From Eledone cirrhosa (Eukaryota): 64,000 nt of DNA. A program made the position numbers and the translations under genes. The stretch is from NCBI GenBank assembly GCA_964016885.1, contig OZ024747.1, forward strand, positions 22,630,001-22,694,000, in the 5' to 3' direction. The notes under the pieces are model-generated. The model saw nothing but the letters and a program-made list of their open reading frames with translations, had not been told where the DNA came from and searched no databases. Below, in pieces: positions 13,300 through 64,000 of the stretch; the stretch's first letter is position 1; each line of letters opens with the position of its first letter.

Positions 13300-13720
13300 C
13301 ACTTGAATATATACATTGTTTTTAAGCATGGAATGACCTTAAATTTTCAATTAAGTCTTATGGAGGATACAATTACTAAAGCAGACATATTTAAAGCTTT
13401 GATGAAAATCATGTCAGAAATAAAAGTTGGTGTGTTGAAGCTAACTGGTATCACAACTAATGGAGCACCAGGAATGGTGGAACAAAAATAGCATCCTTGC
13501 ATTATTGCAAGAACAAATGGAAAACCTCAAGATAGCACAGAAAATGGTTAAAATTCATTACTTTTATCCATCGAGAAGAATTATGTGATAGCTCTTTGAG
13601 TATTGACAATGAATTTGATCCTATTTTCATGGATTAAATCACCAACAATTTCAGCAGTTTTTGTTCAATACAGAAGCAGAGTTTGGACAGGGAACTTAAA
13701 TACAGGGATGTGGCTTATAT
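13300..13720 (+). mobile_element. hAT transposase relic (SPIN/Buster, GTF2IRD2-like type)
   Basis: TKADIFKAL...KLTGITTNGAPGMV ... HGLNHQQFQQFLFNTEAEFG. Confidence 0.7.
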
Positions 13721-14348
13721 ATACTGGGAAAATTATTTGAATTACAAAATAAAAAAAAAGGGGTGACAATATTACTTAAAGCAAAAATGTAGATGCTTTA
13801 CATTTGTGATTCTAAATTAAATAGCTAGAAAATTATTGAAAATTACTAAAAAAACATTAAAATTGAGAACTTGACATTACAAATTATACATTTTATTTGA
13901 AGCAAGGAAAAAAATTAGTATAAAATATAAATTCAAACCATGTTCTCAACATTTATCACTAAGTTTTATGATTCCAAAGCATTCGTAGACACTTTCATTA
14001 ACTGACTGCTTTGTTTATCTAGCAACTTCTCAGTAACTAACTGCTTAGTTCAACCATTATCTGCAAACATGTAAGATTGATAGTCTTTCATTGAAAGAAA
14101 ATGTTTGTTTTTATTTTGAGATCAAAGGAGTTTTAATCTCACCTTTACAATCCAAAATTTCAAGGGGAGAAATTATCAATAGTTGGGCTTATAATATTAC
14201 CACAAAAATTATGGCTGCAACACAATTTTATGAAAATTACAAAGAATGTAGTTCCAATCAGTGTGTAGCTCAAAGTATCAAACAATTGAAGACAGATTCT
14301 TTTCAATTTATGAAAATATAGATTGATATGAGACAGCAGAAGTTACTA

Positions 14349-14537
14349 TATAATTGTTTCTACTTTTGGCACAAGGCCAGCAAATACCCAGTACATTACT
14401 GGTACTTTATTTTATCGACCCTGTAAGGATGAAAGGCAAAGTTAACCTCGGTAGGATTTGAACTCAGATCGTAAAGGGACGTAACTATGCTGGAAAGGAT
14501 GTCCGACCCTCTTCCGATACTGCCAATTCACCACCTT
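14349..14537 (-). mobile_element. Nin/Deu-type tRNA SINE with 17-bp TSD
   Basis: Full copy flanked by AGAAGTTACTATATAAT at 14338 and 14538. Confidence 0.88.
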
Positions 14538-15034
14538 AGAAGTTACTATATAATAAAATCATTTTTTAAATTCTATAGAGTATAGCAGAAACCTAAGTTG
14601 TATATATTGTATAACTATAAGCAACAGAACATGTGCTAAGTTCTGATGTAACCATATTGATGTCTTCAAACTGAAAAGACATTAATTCATATATATAATT
14701 TCAGGAGTTGCCTGTCCCCATTGAAAAACAAAAAAGAAAGTTCTTATGTTACATAGACATAAAATTTAAAATTTTCAAATTGTAACAAATATTCAAATAT
14801 TTATTTCTGTTCATTTGTATGAAATCTAACACAAACAAAAATTATTTAACAGCATGGATTTAACAAGAGGATATGCATACAATAATGTTGAATATTCTCC
14901 TAGGCAATTTCTTTTATAATTATTGTAAAGCAAAAAGATGTAGCAGTCACCATGTAATAATGTTTGTGCAGGATGTATTAGTTTATGTTTAGTTAATTTT
15001 AGAATATATAAGTATATATGTGCATATATAAAGA

Positions 15035-15084
<50 letters not shown>

Positions 15085-15617
15085 TTATATATATATATAT
15101 ATATATACACATACATACATACGCACATGTATATATATATATATATAAAATTAAATGATTAGAAGGTCAAACAATGCATATAAAATTCAATGAAGTGTTT
15201 TTTTCATAACTTTTCCAGTCTAAAATAATTTCATCAGTGAATAGAAGATCAGTTTTGTTATTTCCTGCCAAGATCTTTTTAGCAATGATTAACAGTCAGA
15301 GCATAAGCTTTAATTGAAGTCATCCTAAAAGCTGAAGTTGAAGGAACAGATTATAAATGTAAGAAGAGGAAAAAGAAAATATACTTTAACATCTATAATC
15401 TGTTCTTTCAACTTCTAACAGCTTTTAGGATGTCTGCAACTAAAGCTTTTTCAAACTTTGGTCCTTGGCATGAAATAATAGAAAATATCTTATATTCAAC
15501 GAGGAAATTCTTTTCGACTGAAAAATTAAAGCACCAAGTTATATGCATTATTTGGCCTTCTAATAATTTAAATTTATTATATCGATATGATGCTTTCAAA
15601 AACTGCCTCGAAACTCA

Positions 15618-15648
<31 letters not shown>

Positions 15649-16081
15649 CCCATGTATGTGCGCGCATGTGTGTATATATATATTTGCCAGCATGGTAAAT
15701 TGGATGTAATGATGAGAGAAAAAGAGAGAGAGAGGGGGTTAAAACTGAAAGTTTGAAGTGGTCCATAAACCATCAGATTATATATAAAACAAGAGTAGGT
15801 GATAAAATGCTGGATGAGAAGATTAGAATTCTCTTTATTTCGTATATAATTAAAAATTATGATGTTGAACTATTCACCATCATTTCATGCCTCGTTTTCC
15901 ATACTGGCATGGGTTGCTCACGTGTATAACTGTTGCAGGGTGGTAAGTATGAAACTGAAGTATTTTTCTACAAGGAATATCAATGAGATGTCTCATTAAA
16001 GACAGCCAATGATATGTCCCACTGACATTTCTGCAACTATTGCTTCTTTTAGTTGCTAACTTCATGGTACTCACAACAAAT

Positions 16082-54611
<38,530 letters not shown>

Positions 54612-55859
54612 CTAAAATTAAAACAAAATAAATCAGCATGTTAATAATGTCTACTCTGCCATGCTAGCGGGGTTAGATATGTCTGCTTAGTTACATTTGG
54701 CACCACACCAAATGTATAATTTTGGCTTAAAGCAAGCTCACTCTAAACACTAGTAGGTGTGGTAACAATTTCTGTATCAAACTACAAACATTGAAAGTAG
54801 AGATTTTATAACAAGCCCTTCCTAACTGAAACATCCTAATGTAGAAATTAACAATAAAAATATACCATCATAATAATTGTTTTTACAACACAGTTAGATT
54901 TTGGATTTAATGAGTGTTTAAGCAAATGGAAAGGTATGAATATAAAAACAGAGAGAAAACATCAAACAAAACCAATTTTCAATGTCTAGGTATTAAAACA
55001 AGTTCAGAGAAATGTTTTTGTTTTGTTTTTTAAATGGAGGGATTTCTTTTTTTCTGGATAATGAATTTGTTGGAAGTAAAAAAGGCTTAACCCTTTTGAT
55101 ACCAGCCTGACTAAAACTGACTGCCTTTGATTCTCATACAAAAATTGCCTATTTTAAAGTGATATTTAAATCCAAACCATCTATCATAAATTTACATAAC
55201 CTCTAAATACCAGTTTAATAATGACAAAATTATTTTCCTAAATCCTTCAACATTCATAATTATTTTTTAAATTAACTGAAGCACAAAGGCAGCATATTTC
55301 ATTTTAAATATAGACAAATATATTTTTACATAAAACTTATGTCAGAAGTAAAAGAATTAAGGAAATCAAAAGTGCTAATAACAGAGCTTACCAAACTATA
55401 TTTGTTTCTGATATTCAGAAGCTACGAACGATTAGAGTTGTCATCACTGCTGAAGACAGCACAGTACTCCGACCTAGTGTTCATCATTATATCAGAATTT
55501 ATATATATATAGTCCAGCATGGTGGTGCTAAAGTGTTAAAACAGAGAAATACACAGCTCCTTGTGTAAATGAGGCTAATCAGCCCACCTACAAGGCAAAA
55601 ACACTATATATTCTTGCCTGACCATTGATGCTTAGTACCACTGCCATACATTTTAGGGCCGTTTTCTATTTTACTAACCTGGTGAAACTATTCAAAAGTA
55701 TATACTTAAGTACAGTCCATCCTTTCTGTTTTCAATCCATCCCAGCATGGGGAAGCAGATGGGATCAATAAAATAAAGGATCAGTCAAGTACTGGAGTTG
55801 ATATAATCAACTACATCCCACCTTAACCCTTTAGCATTTATATTACTCTATATATACTA

Positions 55860-56250
55860 TAGTCAGTAGGCACCTCTTAATCAAATGTACACCCCCATCC
55901 CACTACCCCAACTCCCCCACCCCCATCAACCCCACCCCTTTCTCTGTAAAGTTATGTTGGTACCACAACACCCAGTCCTAAATAAATGAGGTCGTGTAGG
56001 TGTCACAAAAAAAAAAAAAAAACACACAGTCCACGCTGTAATGTGGCCATGTAGGTAACACAGTAAAAACCTCCCAGTTCCACACTATAAACGTGGTTGG
56101 TGTTAGGAAGGGCATCCAGCCATAGAAAACCTGCCAGACAGTCCTATACGAGTGAGACAACCAATCTTGCCTCAAGTGGGACAATTCCCATCTAAACCCA
56201 TGCTAGCGTGGAAGATAGATGTTAAACGATGATGAGATGATGATGATGAT
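55860..56250 (+). mobile_element. RTE 3' UTR fragment inserted in a piggyBac-like MITE
   Basis: Aligns to ~48215-48588; MITE halves at 55827-55859 and ~56262-56364. Confidence 0.85.
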
Positions 56251-59200
56251 GTATTTAACATTGAATCTATGAGATTTTGATGTTATTTATTTTGAGAACA
56301 ATACCTTAACATCAGTATGAGTGGCTGGTTACAGCTGGATATGGCCAGTTTAAATGCTAAAGGGTTAAGTTTCTGGTCTTGTGCTCACATTAGAAAAGTA
56401 TTGTTGAAATAAAACATACCAAGAGAAAATATGTATTCTGAAATTGTTTCTAAAAATGTATAACTTGTAAAAAAAAAAAATAGAAAATTAATTAGTTACT
56501 AAAATAGACCAGTGAAGTTATTTACTGAGCGACACCATCCACATAAAAAATAATAGTTAATGTTAACATAATCTAGTGAACAATAAAACAGATTCAAAAT
56601 ACTCTTGTGAAAAACTGTTTTTACCTACTGATATACAAAGACAACAGATTGGCAGAATTGTTAGTGAATTGCAAAAAGAAATGTCTTGCAATATTTATTT
56701 TGGGATTTTGAGTTGAATAAAATTTTTGCCTTGATCAACTATGACTTCTGTTAATCCAGGATCAATAAAATAAACTACCATTCAAGGGCCTTGGACTGGT
56801 GAAATTGTTATGGCAATGAATAAGATGCTTTGCAATATTTGTTCTGATACCCAGGCATGAGTGTTGAACTTGATTGTATCTTGAAAGCAATAACCATTGA
56901 AAAGTAATGGGGAAAACGACTTATTTTTCTACAGAAGTTCCGTGACTCACACAGAAACTCATATACAATATTGTACATCTATATAGTGATGCTCTCATCC
57001 TTACTTCAGCAAGTACAATAAAGTATACATTTTGCTGTTGAGGTTTAATAAGAGGAAAACATCCCCACACTTGCTCAAACTATGAAAATAATACTAACCA
57101 ATGTTAATATTTCTCATTAAGTTTTGATGTTAACTAAATTAAAAATGTTAATATAAACTTTACTATGATTGTGTACCAAATGACGTTAGCATTATCATAA
57201 ATAAATAGCAAAATAGACATAAAAAAACTACCCTAGATAAGTAATGTCGACTGACATGAACTAATAATTCTTAAATTAATCACGATAGAAGTTAAAGCAA
57301 ACATCAACCGAAAAATAAATCAGCAATATTTCAATATTAAAAGCTGCCTGGATATTTATGAGAGAGAAAAAAATAAACAGTTTGGCAAAATAAAGTTTGC
57401 AGTTGGTAAGAATCCTACTATAGTCCAGTGATATGTTTATTTCTAATTTAAGACTTTAGCATTTAAACCAGCTGTATCCAGCCAGAATTCTCTCACCTCT
57501 TTCTGTTCAAACCAGCGATTCATACTAGTTAAGGTATTGTTCTCAAAATAAATAACATCAAAATCTCATAGATTCGCTAATATGTGAGGTAAAGTCTTTA
57601 CTGCAAAAACATAACAGTATATATTGAGTAATGCAAATGCTAAAGGGTTAAGCACATGGCTAGAAAATTTGGTGGATTGGCAAAGTCGATTATATTGACC
57701 CCAGTACTTGACTGGTACTTTATTTTATTGACTCCAGAAGGATGAAAGGCAAAGTTGACCTCTAAATGTAAAAAGCCAGAATAAATACCACAATAGCATT
57801 TTATCCGACACTCTACCAATTCTGCCCATACAACACTGTGATATATTGTTGGATAGTTGGGATACATTAAACAGAATAAGAGAAAGATGAAAAAAATGGT
57901 GTTTAATCCTTTTGATACCAACACACCTAAAACTGCTGTTGGAACTATGATGAAAAAAAAAAACAAATGTTAAATTCTTCAGGTTTTAATTTAAACCATC
58001 ATAATTTTATATAAGAATCTTTTCTTTCGTCATCTTTTAAATACCAACTTAGTAATAAGAAAGTTATACAATTAAATCCTTCCAAATTTTGGATTATTTG
58101 AAAATTATATGCAATATCTTTCATTGGAAATATGATGATAAAGAATAAAAGAAAACAATGAGAAATGCTACATAAGAGTAAGAACATGAATAAATATTTA
58201 AGAGGGAGAGGATGTGAGAGGGGCAAATGCATGGCATTCTTCAGATCTGAGAATTGGAAATGGAAAGCATTAGAATACTGAAGCAGTTCACAAATAGCTA
58301 CTGTCAAATGTAGGTAGGTGTGTGTTACAATCATATAGAATCACAGAAAAGGGACTATTCAGAGAGAAAGTGAATATGTAGAGGGAACGGTTGAGAGCAG
58401 AACACATACAGTATGAGTAAAGTAAGCAGCAAGTAGAATTATATTAGTTCTGAAACTTATAGGACTGTCGAATGTTAGAAAATAAATATTTAGAATGAGT
58501 TTAAAAAAAAAAATTTTTTTTTAAATCAACGAACATTTGCAATATTAACCTTTTTGATACCAAGATACCCAAAACTGCTTCCATTTCACCTGACCAGTCC
58601 AGCCTCATCTAATCCATGCCAGCATGGAAAATAGATGTTAACCCTTTCGCATTTACATTTACTATTGTATTTTCACAGTAAAGGCTTTATCTCATATAAT
58701 CATCTCACATAATATCGAATCTATGAGATTTTTATATTATTTATTTTGAGAACAATGTCTTAGTATCAGTATGAACAGCTGGTTAGAGCCAGTTTAAAGA
58801 GAAAGAGGTGAGAGAATGCTGGCCGGATACAACCAGTTTAAATGCTAAAGGGTTAAACAGATGATGATGATGACGAAAAGAGCAATAAGAAAAAATTCTT
58901 GTAATTCTAGTTCAAGAATAAATAATTTCTTAGTCAGACAGTATATAAACTTCATTGAACAATAGCAAATTATTAATAACTTCTTTTTAACAAAGACACA
59001 GAACTGATGATGCATTTAGAAATGATTGCCAATTATCACTGAATTTTCAAAACAAAAATAAAACAATAGAATATAGGACATTCTTTGATAATATATATAA
59101 AAACAATGTCATGATAAAAGTTCTGTAACAGATGAGTCACCTTCAATTTTTTTTTTCTAATCATGAGAAAAAGTAAAAACTATACACTTGGTCATACAAC

Positions 59201-59930
59201 ATATGGTCACACATTTGCTGTGTCCTCCTTTGAAATATATAGAAGAGAAATTATGAATTTTCCAGTAAACACTATAGAAATAATCAATAGTCAGCAAACA
59301 ATTATGTCAGGTTTAACATATAGCACCATATAATTAATAAAGGGAAGTGAACAACATTTTAGCCATGGAAATTACTAACAAAACTCATAAGCTGACAATG
59401 TTCATGAAAATCTGCCAAATAAAATATTGCTTTGGACTTAATGATAGGAAAAAAAAAATGAAATTCTATAGGTAAAATTAAGAAATTATGGACAAAATAC
59501 TGGGAGACATATATGTGACATGAAGCAGACTTATTTTCTTTTGTTTGTGAAAAAGAGGAAGTGTTGTTGGTCCCCTTTTGATAAACCTGTCAACAAACAT
59601 TTTTTCAGCACACTATCTCACTGAAGTCTAAAGTCTGTCTTAAGTCAGAAGGCTTGTTCGGCCGGTGCTAACCCCGGCTTCATGGCACAAAGTGACTGAG
59701 AATACAAGACTCTCCTCTGGACTGGACTAACGTGAAATGAAGTGTTTTGCTCAACAACACAACACGCAATCCAGCCCAGGAATCGAACCCAAAATATTAT
59801 GATCGTAAGTCCAATACCCTTGCCACTAGGCCATGCGCCTCCATTATCTCACTGAAGACATACATATATAACCTTTCCTAGTCAGTATTAGTGTTTCCTC
59901 AACTGTCACAGAAACATCCTAAACATCAGA

Positions 59931-59986
59931 TATCCAGAAATTGTGGGCCACCTCTGGATATCCAGAAATTGTGGGCCACCTCTGGA
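59931..59986. repeat. 28-bp direct repeat x2
   Basis: TATCCAGAAATTGTGGGCCACCTCTGGA twice. Confidence 0.9.
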
Positions 59987-62900
59987 CCAAAGCCAAAGAG
60001 GAACCCATTAAGCAACAAATAGTGAGATGTAAGTAGTGATGGAAATCAAACGTCTTGGGTGAGGGACTGGATGCTTGAAGAGGAGATGCACACTGCCAAG
60101 CATTTTTAAGGTTGATTGAAATGCCATGATAGACACAGTCAAATCTTTGGACGTTAGTGGAGATGAGTTGGCCATATGTGAACAGACTAGAGTGATGTTT
60201 AAGAAGACAAGCAGAACTGAATTAAAATCCAAAGGAAGAAAAGCAAGACAGGACACCAAAGGATCACTTGGCAGAGATCGGCAGAAGAGAAATTGAAGGT
60301 GACAAGGATGACATGGAATAAAGTTCAGAATGCATTGGAAGACTGCTGTAGATAGTGTATGCTCCGCCAGGAATCCAAACAGACTATGATAATGATGATG
60401 ATAACGATGATGATGATGAACTGTGATCCATAAAACACTATTTTACCACAAGTGGACCAGAATTCTGTAAGAGACTGCTCAACAATATAACCATGGCCAT
60501 TGTCACTTTTCAATGAATTAAAACTAGATGAATCAATCCCTACTTTCTATTTCATTAAATAGATTAGTCATGCCGCAAGAGATCCTTAGCCTACTACTAC
60601 TTCTAAGTACATATCTACATTCACATGATTTTTCAACACTGTAAATGAAAGAAATCTTTCTATTCATACATCATGTTTCACAACCATTAAAAAAAACAAA
60701 AAAAACATTCATAACACTATTGACACACATGCATTAGTCTCCTTTCATTCAGGAAAAACACTATTGTTATTGTCCAATGCCAAATCAATTAGACTCAAAA
60801 ATGCTCCAGTCACACTCATCTTTATATACAATGTTTCTGGTACTACTTTATGCAATGTGAACACCTATTTGACCCTTTCATTGATTTTACAATTAGATAT
60901 TTTATTACGATATCTAATTAAATATAAATTTCTTGCAAGAAGACCACATATTGTGAAATTCTACAAAATATATTCTCTTGATCAAGAAATCACCACCAAC
61001 CTAATTTTATGTTTACCCTTCATGTTGGCATGAGTTAGACAGATTGTCACAATTCTAGTCCATATTCAGAGCTACTGAATTCTAGATGAGTCAGCAGACA
61101 TCTATCTCCCTTGTATGTTCCATTGTTGAGGTGGCTTCCTAACAGCAATGACTTTACAGAGTATAGTAGGTGCATTTATAATGGTGACAACACTACAGAA
61201 GTTCTTGTTCTTGGACATATGAGAGACATCTCAACTTAATATTGATCAAGAAATATATATGAATTTTTTTAGAGTGGGGTGGGGATTACATTTCAAGCAT
61301 GGTGTTTGTGGTGCTCACTTGAAAGAAATCCAAATTACATTTTATTCCTGATAGAGTAATAGCAGCTATGTGATTGAAAGGACTCTTCAGTTGTGTCAAA
61401 GAGATGACAACTTCTCTCGTGTTGGTGATCTACACAATAAATACAGCCAGTGTACTATGTAAAGGGGTTGGTGATAGGAAGAGCATCTAGCTGTAGAAAA
61501 CCTGCCAAACAAAGAGCCAGGACAACTCTTCAGTTATGACAAACTTTCTAGTGCTGGTGGCAAGATAAAATATACTTAATAGTGAAATGTGAGCCCCCCG
61601 ACCAGTCTGAGCACAGGAATGTACATAAGTGGGATGCAGGCTCCCAGCCCATTTGGAAGTTTAGTTGCTTCATTTAATGTAATGACTTGGCCTTCACAAC
61701 CCTTGCTAGCTGGAATTACTGGTGTTAAATCATGACACTGATTAAGATACCGAAGAGATGACTATGTAGTCTTCACAGTTCAAAACTTATTGCACACATT
61801 GTGTTCTGCATCCTTATAAAGCACATCACTCCAAGTTAACTCAGTCTGCCTGGCTGAAAACAGGCTTTACTCATAATTTATAGGTGAGTGGATAGTGGTA
61901 GTGAGGGTATCTAGCTATGAATACTTTTCCTCACATTGTACATGTGTACAAATTTGCACACATACACACACAAATCTTCATCATGCTAATATAAGAAACA
62001 GCATTAAAAAACATTGTATAACAAGCTTTGTTTGGAACTCCTTCATGAGCTCACCTATAAATGTCACTCCCAAGCAATTCAGCTGTTCTAACATATTACC
62101 CCTGCCTTTATATTTTACCCATAGCCACTGTGATACTCTAAGCAACTATCTACTTCACACCATAGATTTCTTAAATATTTCTTTCATACACTGACTACAA
62201 TATTTATAACCAATTCATCTGAGAATAAGTTCATACTGTCGGTTTAGATTCATTTTAAAAAGCTATGACAATTATGCTTTATTTAACCCTTTAGGATTTA
62301 AAATGACCAGAATTCTCTCGCTTCCTTCTGTTCAGACCAGCTTTAACTGGCTGCTCATACTGATGTTAAGGTATTGTTCTCAAAATAAAATCAAAATCTC
62401 ACAGATTCAATATTATATGGGATAAAGCCTTTACTGTGAAAATACAATAGTAAATATAAGAGTAATGTAAATGCTAAAGGGTTAAACAGTGGAATTTGAT
62501 ACCATATATTTAGCAGAATTGAATAAAATATTTATTTCCATACCCTAATGGGCCATACAATAACTGACCTTAGAAACTGTTTTATAAGATTAAAAAGTTT
62601 CTCATTGACCAAAACACTAGTGCATACCATATAAAAAATTTTCAAAAACCAAATCAAGTACATATTCTTGTGTTGCCATGACAAAAGCACCCAGTCCACC
62701 CAGCAAGGTGGTAGTGCTAGTGCTACAGAAAATGCTCCCAGTCGATATTAGAATGCATTAACTAGTCATGATAATATTCTTAACAATTGGGTATACACAA
62801 ACACAAAATAGTTCATAGAAGACGGAGACTTGCCATAAGCTATTTGCAGATGTAAATAGCTTATGGTGCCACTAGATCCCAGAGCAGATGCATAGTAGGA

Positions 62901-63604
62901 CTTTTAGGGGAAACAATTTGAACGGTTATAGCACCATGATTTCACTTTCACAACCAACCCTATTTAGTGGTACCAATGCTGCAATAAGGATACATTGTTG
63001 GAGAGTTTGCTCAGCAAAGGTGACCATCTTGTATATACCATAGAGAGCAACACTGTTTAATCTTCTGGACGTTCAAGCTTCATTATGTCGCCAATAGAGT
63101 AATCTCCCCTTAATGCATAGCTCAGTGTCAAGGGAAGCAATTCCTAAAAAAATTCAGCATGCTAAAGGTTAAGGCAATGAAAGTTCACCCCACTGCCCAG
63201 CTGCAGTAATACTGAACCTAGAGACAAACACTCACAAATAGACACGTGTACATACACATAAATACACACATACTGTAATGTGTTATTAGATCTCCATCAG
63301 TTCAGATGAGTATTCCAGTTATATGATTAACAGAACAGCCTGCTAATGAAATTAGCATGTAAGTGGCTGAGCATTCCACAAACATGTATTCTTAATGTAA
63401 TTCTCAGGGAAATTCAGTGTGACAAGGTTAGCACATTAAATTACTGGTACACATTTTTTTTTTTGCCAGCTGAGTTGACTGGAGAAACAGGAAATAAGGT
63501 TACCTTGCTCAAGGGCACAACCCATTGCTGGGAATCAAACTCATGTATTTACGACAATGCACTGAACACCCTAACCACTATGTCACGCTGCATCTTCACA
63601 CATA

Positions 63605-63652
<48 letters not shown>

Positions 63653-63915
63653 CATACATACACACACACACACAAATCTCTTTGATCTTGATCTCTTCTG
63701 ATCCTCATTACTGAGGGTTGGACACCATGGACAACTGCACTAAGGCTCATCTACATGATGCTTTATACACACACATGCATTATATATATATATATATATA
63801 TAATAATAATAAATTTGAAGACTAAAATCCAAAGAGGGCTCGATAAGGATAAATATATATCAAATATATAAGAACCGTAGAGCAAATATTTATTAAAATA
63901 ACAGATTAAAGTTTA

Positions 63916-64000
63916 AGCAAAGAATCGCTGCTTTCACCCTTAACGGGATCTTCTGAAACTCAGAAGATCCCGTTAAGGGTGAAAGCAGCAATTCTTTGCT
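63916..64000. repeat. Near-perfect 41-bp-arm palindrome, possibly extending past the window end
   Basis: AGCAAAGAAT(C/T)GCTGCTTTCACCCTTAACGGGATCTTCTGA-AAC-revcomp, one mismatch. Confidence 0.93.

Noticed and set aside
54612-64000. First coding exon of kinesin-13
   Set aside because: I found no phase-1 exon ending in an I.R(S/T)D-G-like motif; it is probably beyond the window.

Overview
Eukaryotic, AT-rich, repeat-dense animal DNA. The (CAT)n-tailed RTE LINEs and tRNA-derived SINEs suggest a cephalopod/octopus genome (inference). I reconstructed two convergent intron-containing genes by hand, with GT-AG boundaries and consistent phases. The first is a complete mago nashi gene (+, 5 exons, 146-10414, 148 aa). 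The second is a kinesin-13 (KIF2-like) gene (-, 22 coding exons, 54611 down to the stop at 16082; the first coding exon was not found and probably lies beyond 64000). The introns hold RTE LINE fragments, two tRNA-SINE families, piggyBac-, hAT- and Tc1-type MITEs, transposase and integrase relics, and mini/microsatellites. The most unusual structures are: (1) a ~950-bp interleaved, apparently perfect inverted duplication (A-B-A'-B') 50 nt from a kinesin motor exon; (2) a short element that has captured a copy of mago's last exon, with an 'empty' relative at 43 kb; (3) hairpin-ended Penelope-like remnants, one with a degenerate hammerhead ribozyme; (4) a PHD-type zinc finger inside the RTE ORF; (5) a candidate extra kinesin exon. 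Most ORFs in the supplied track are spurious.
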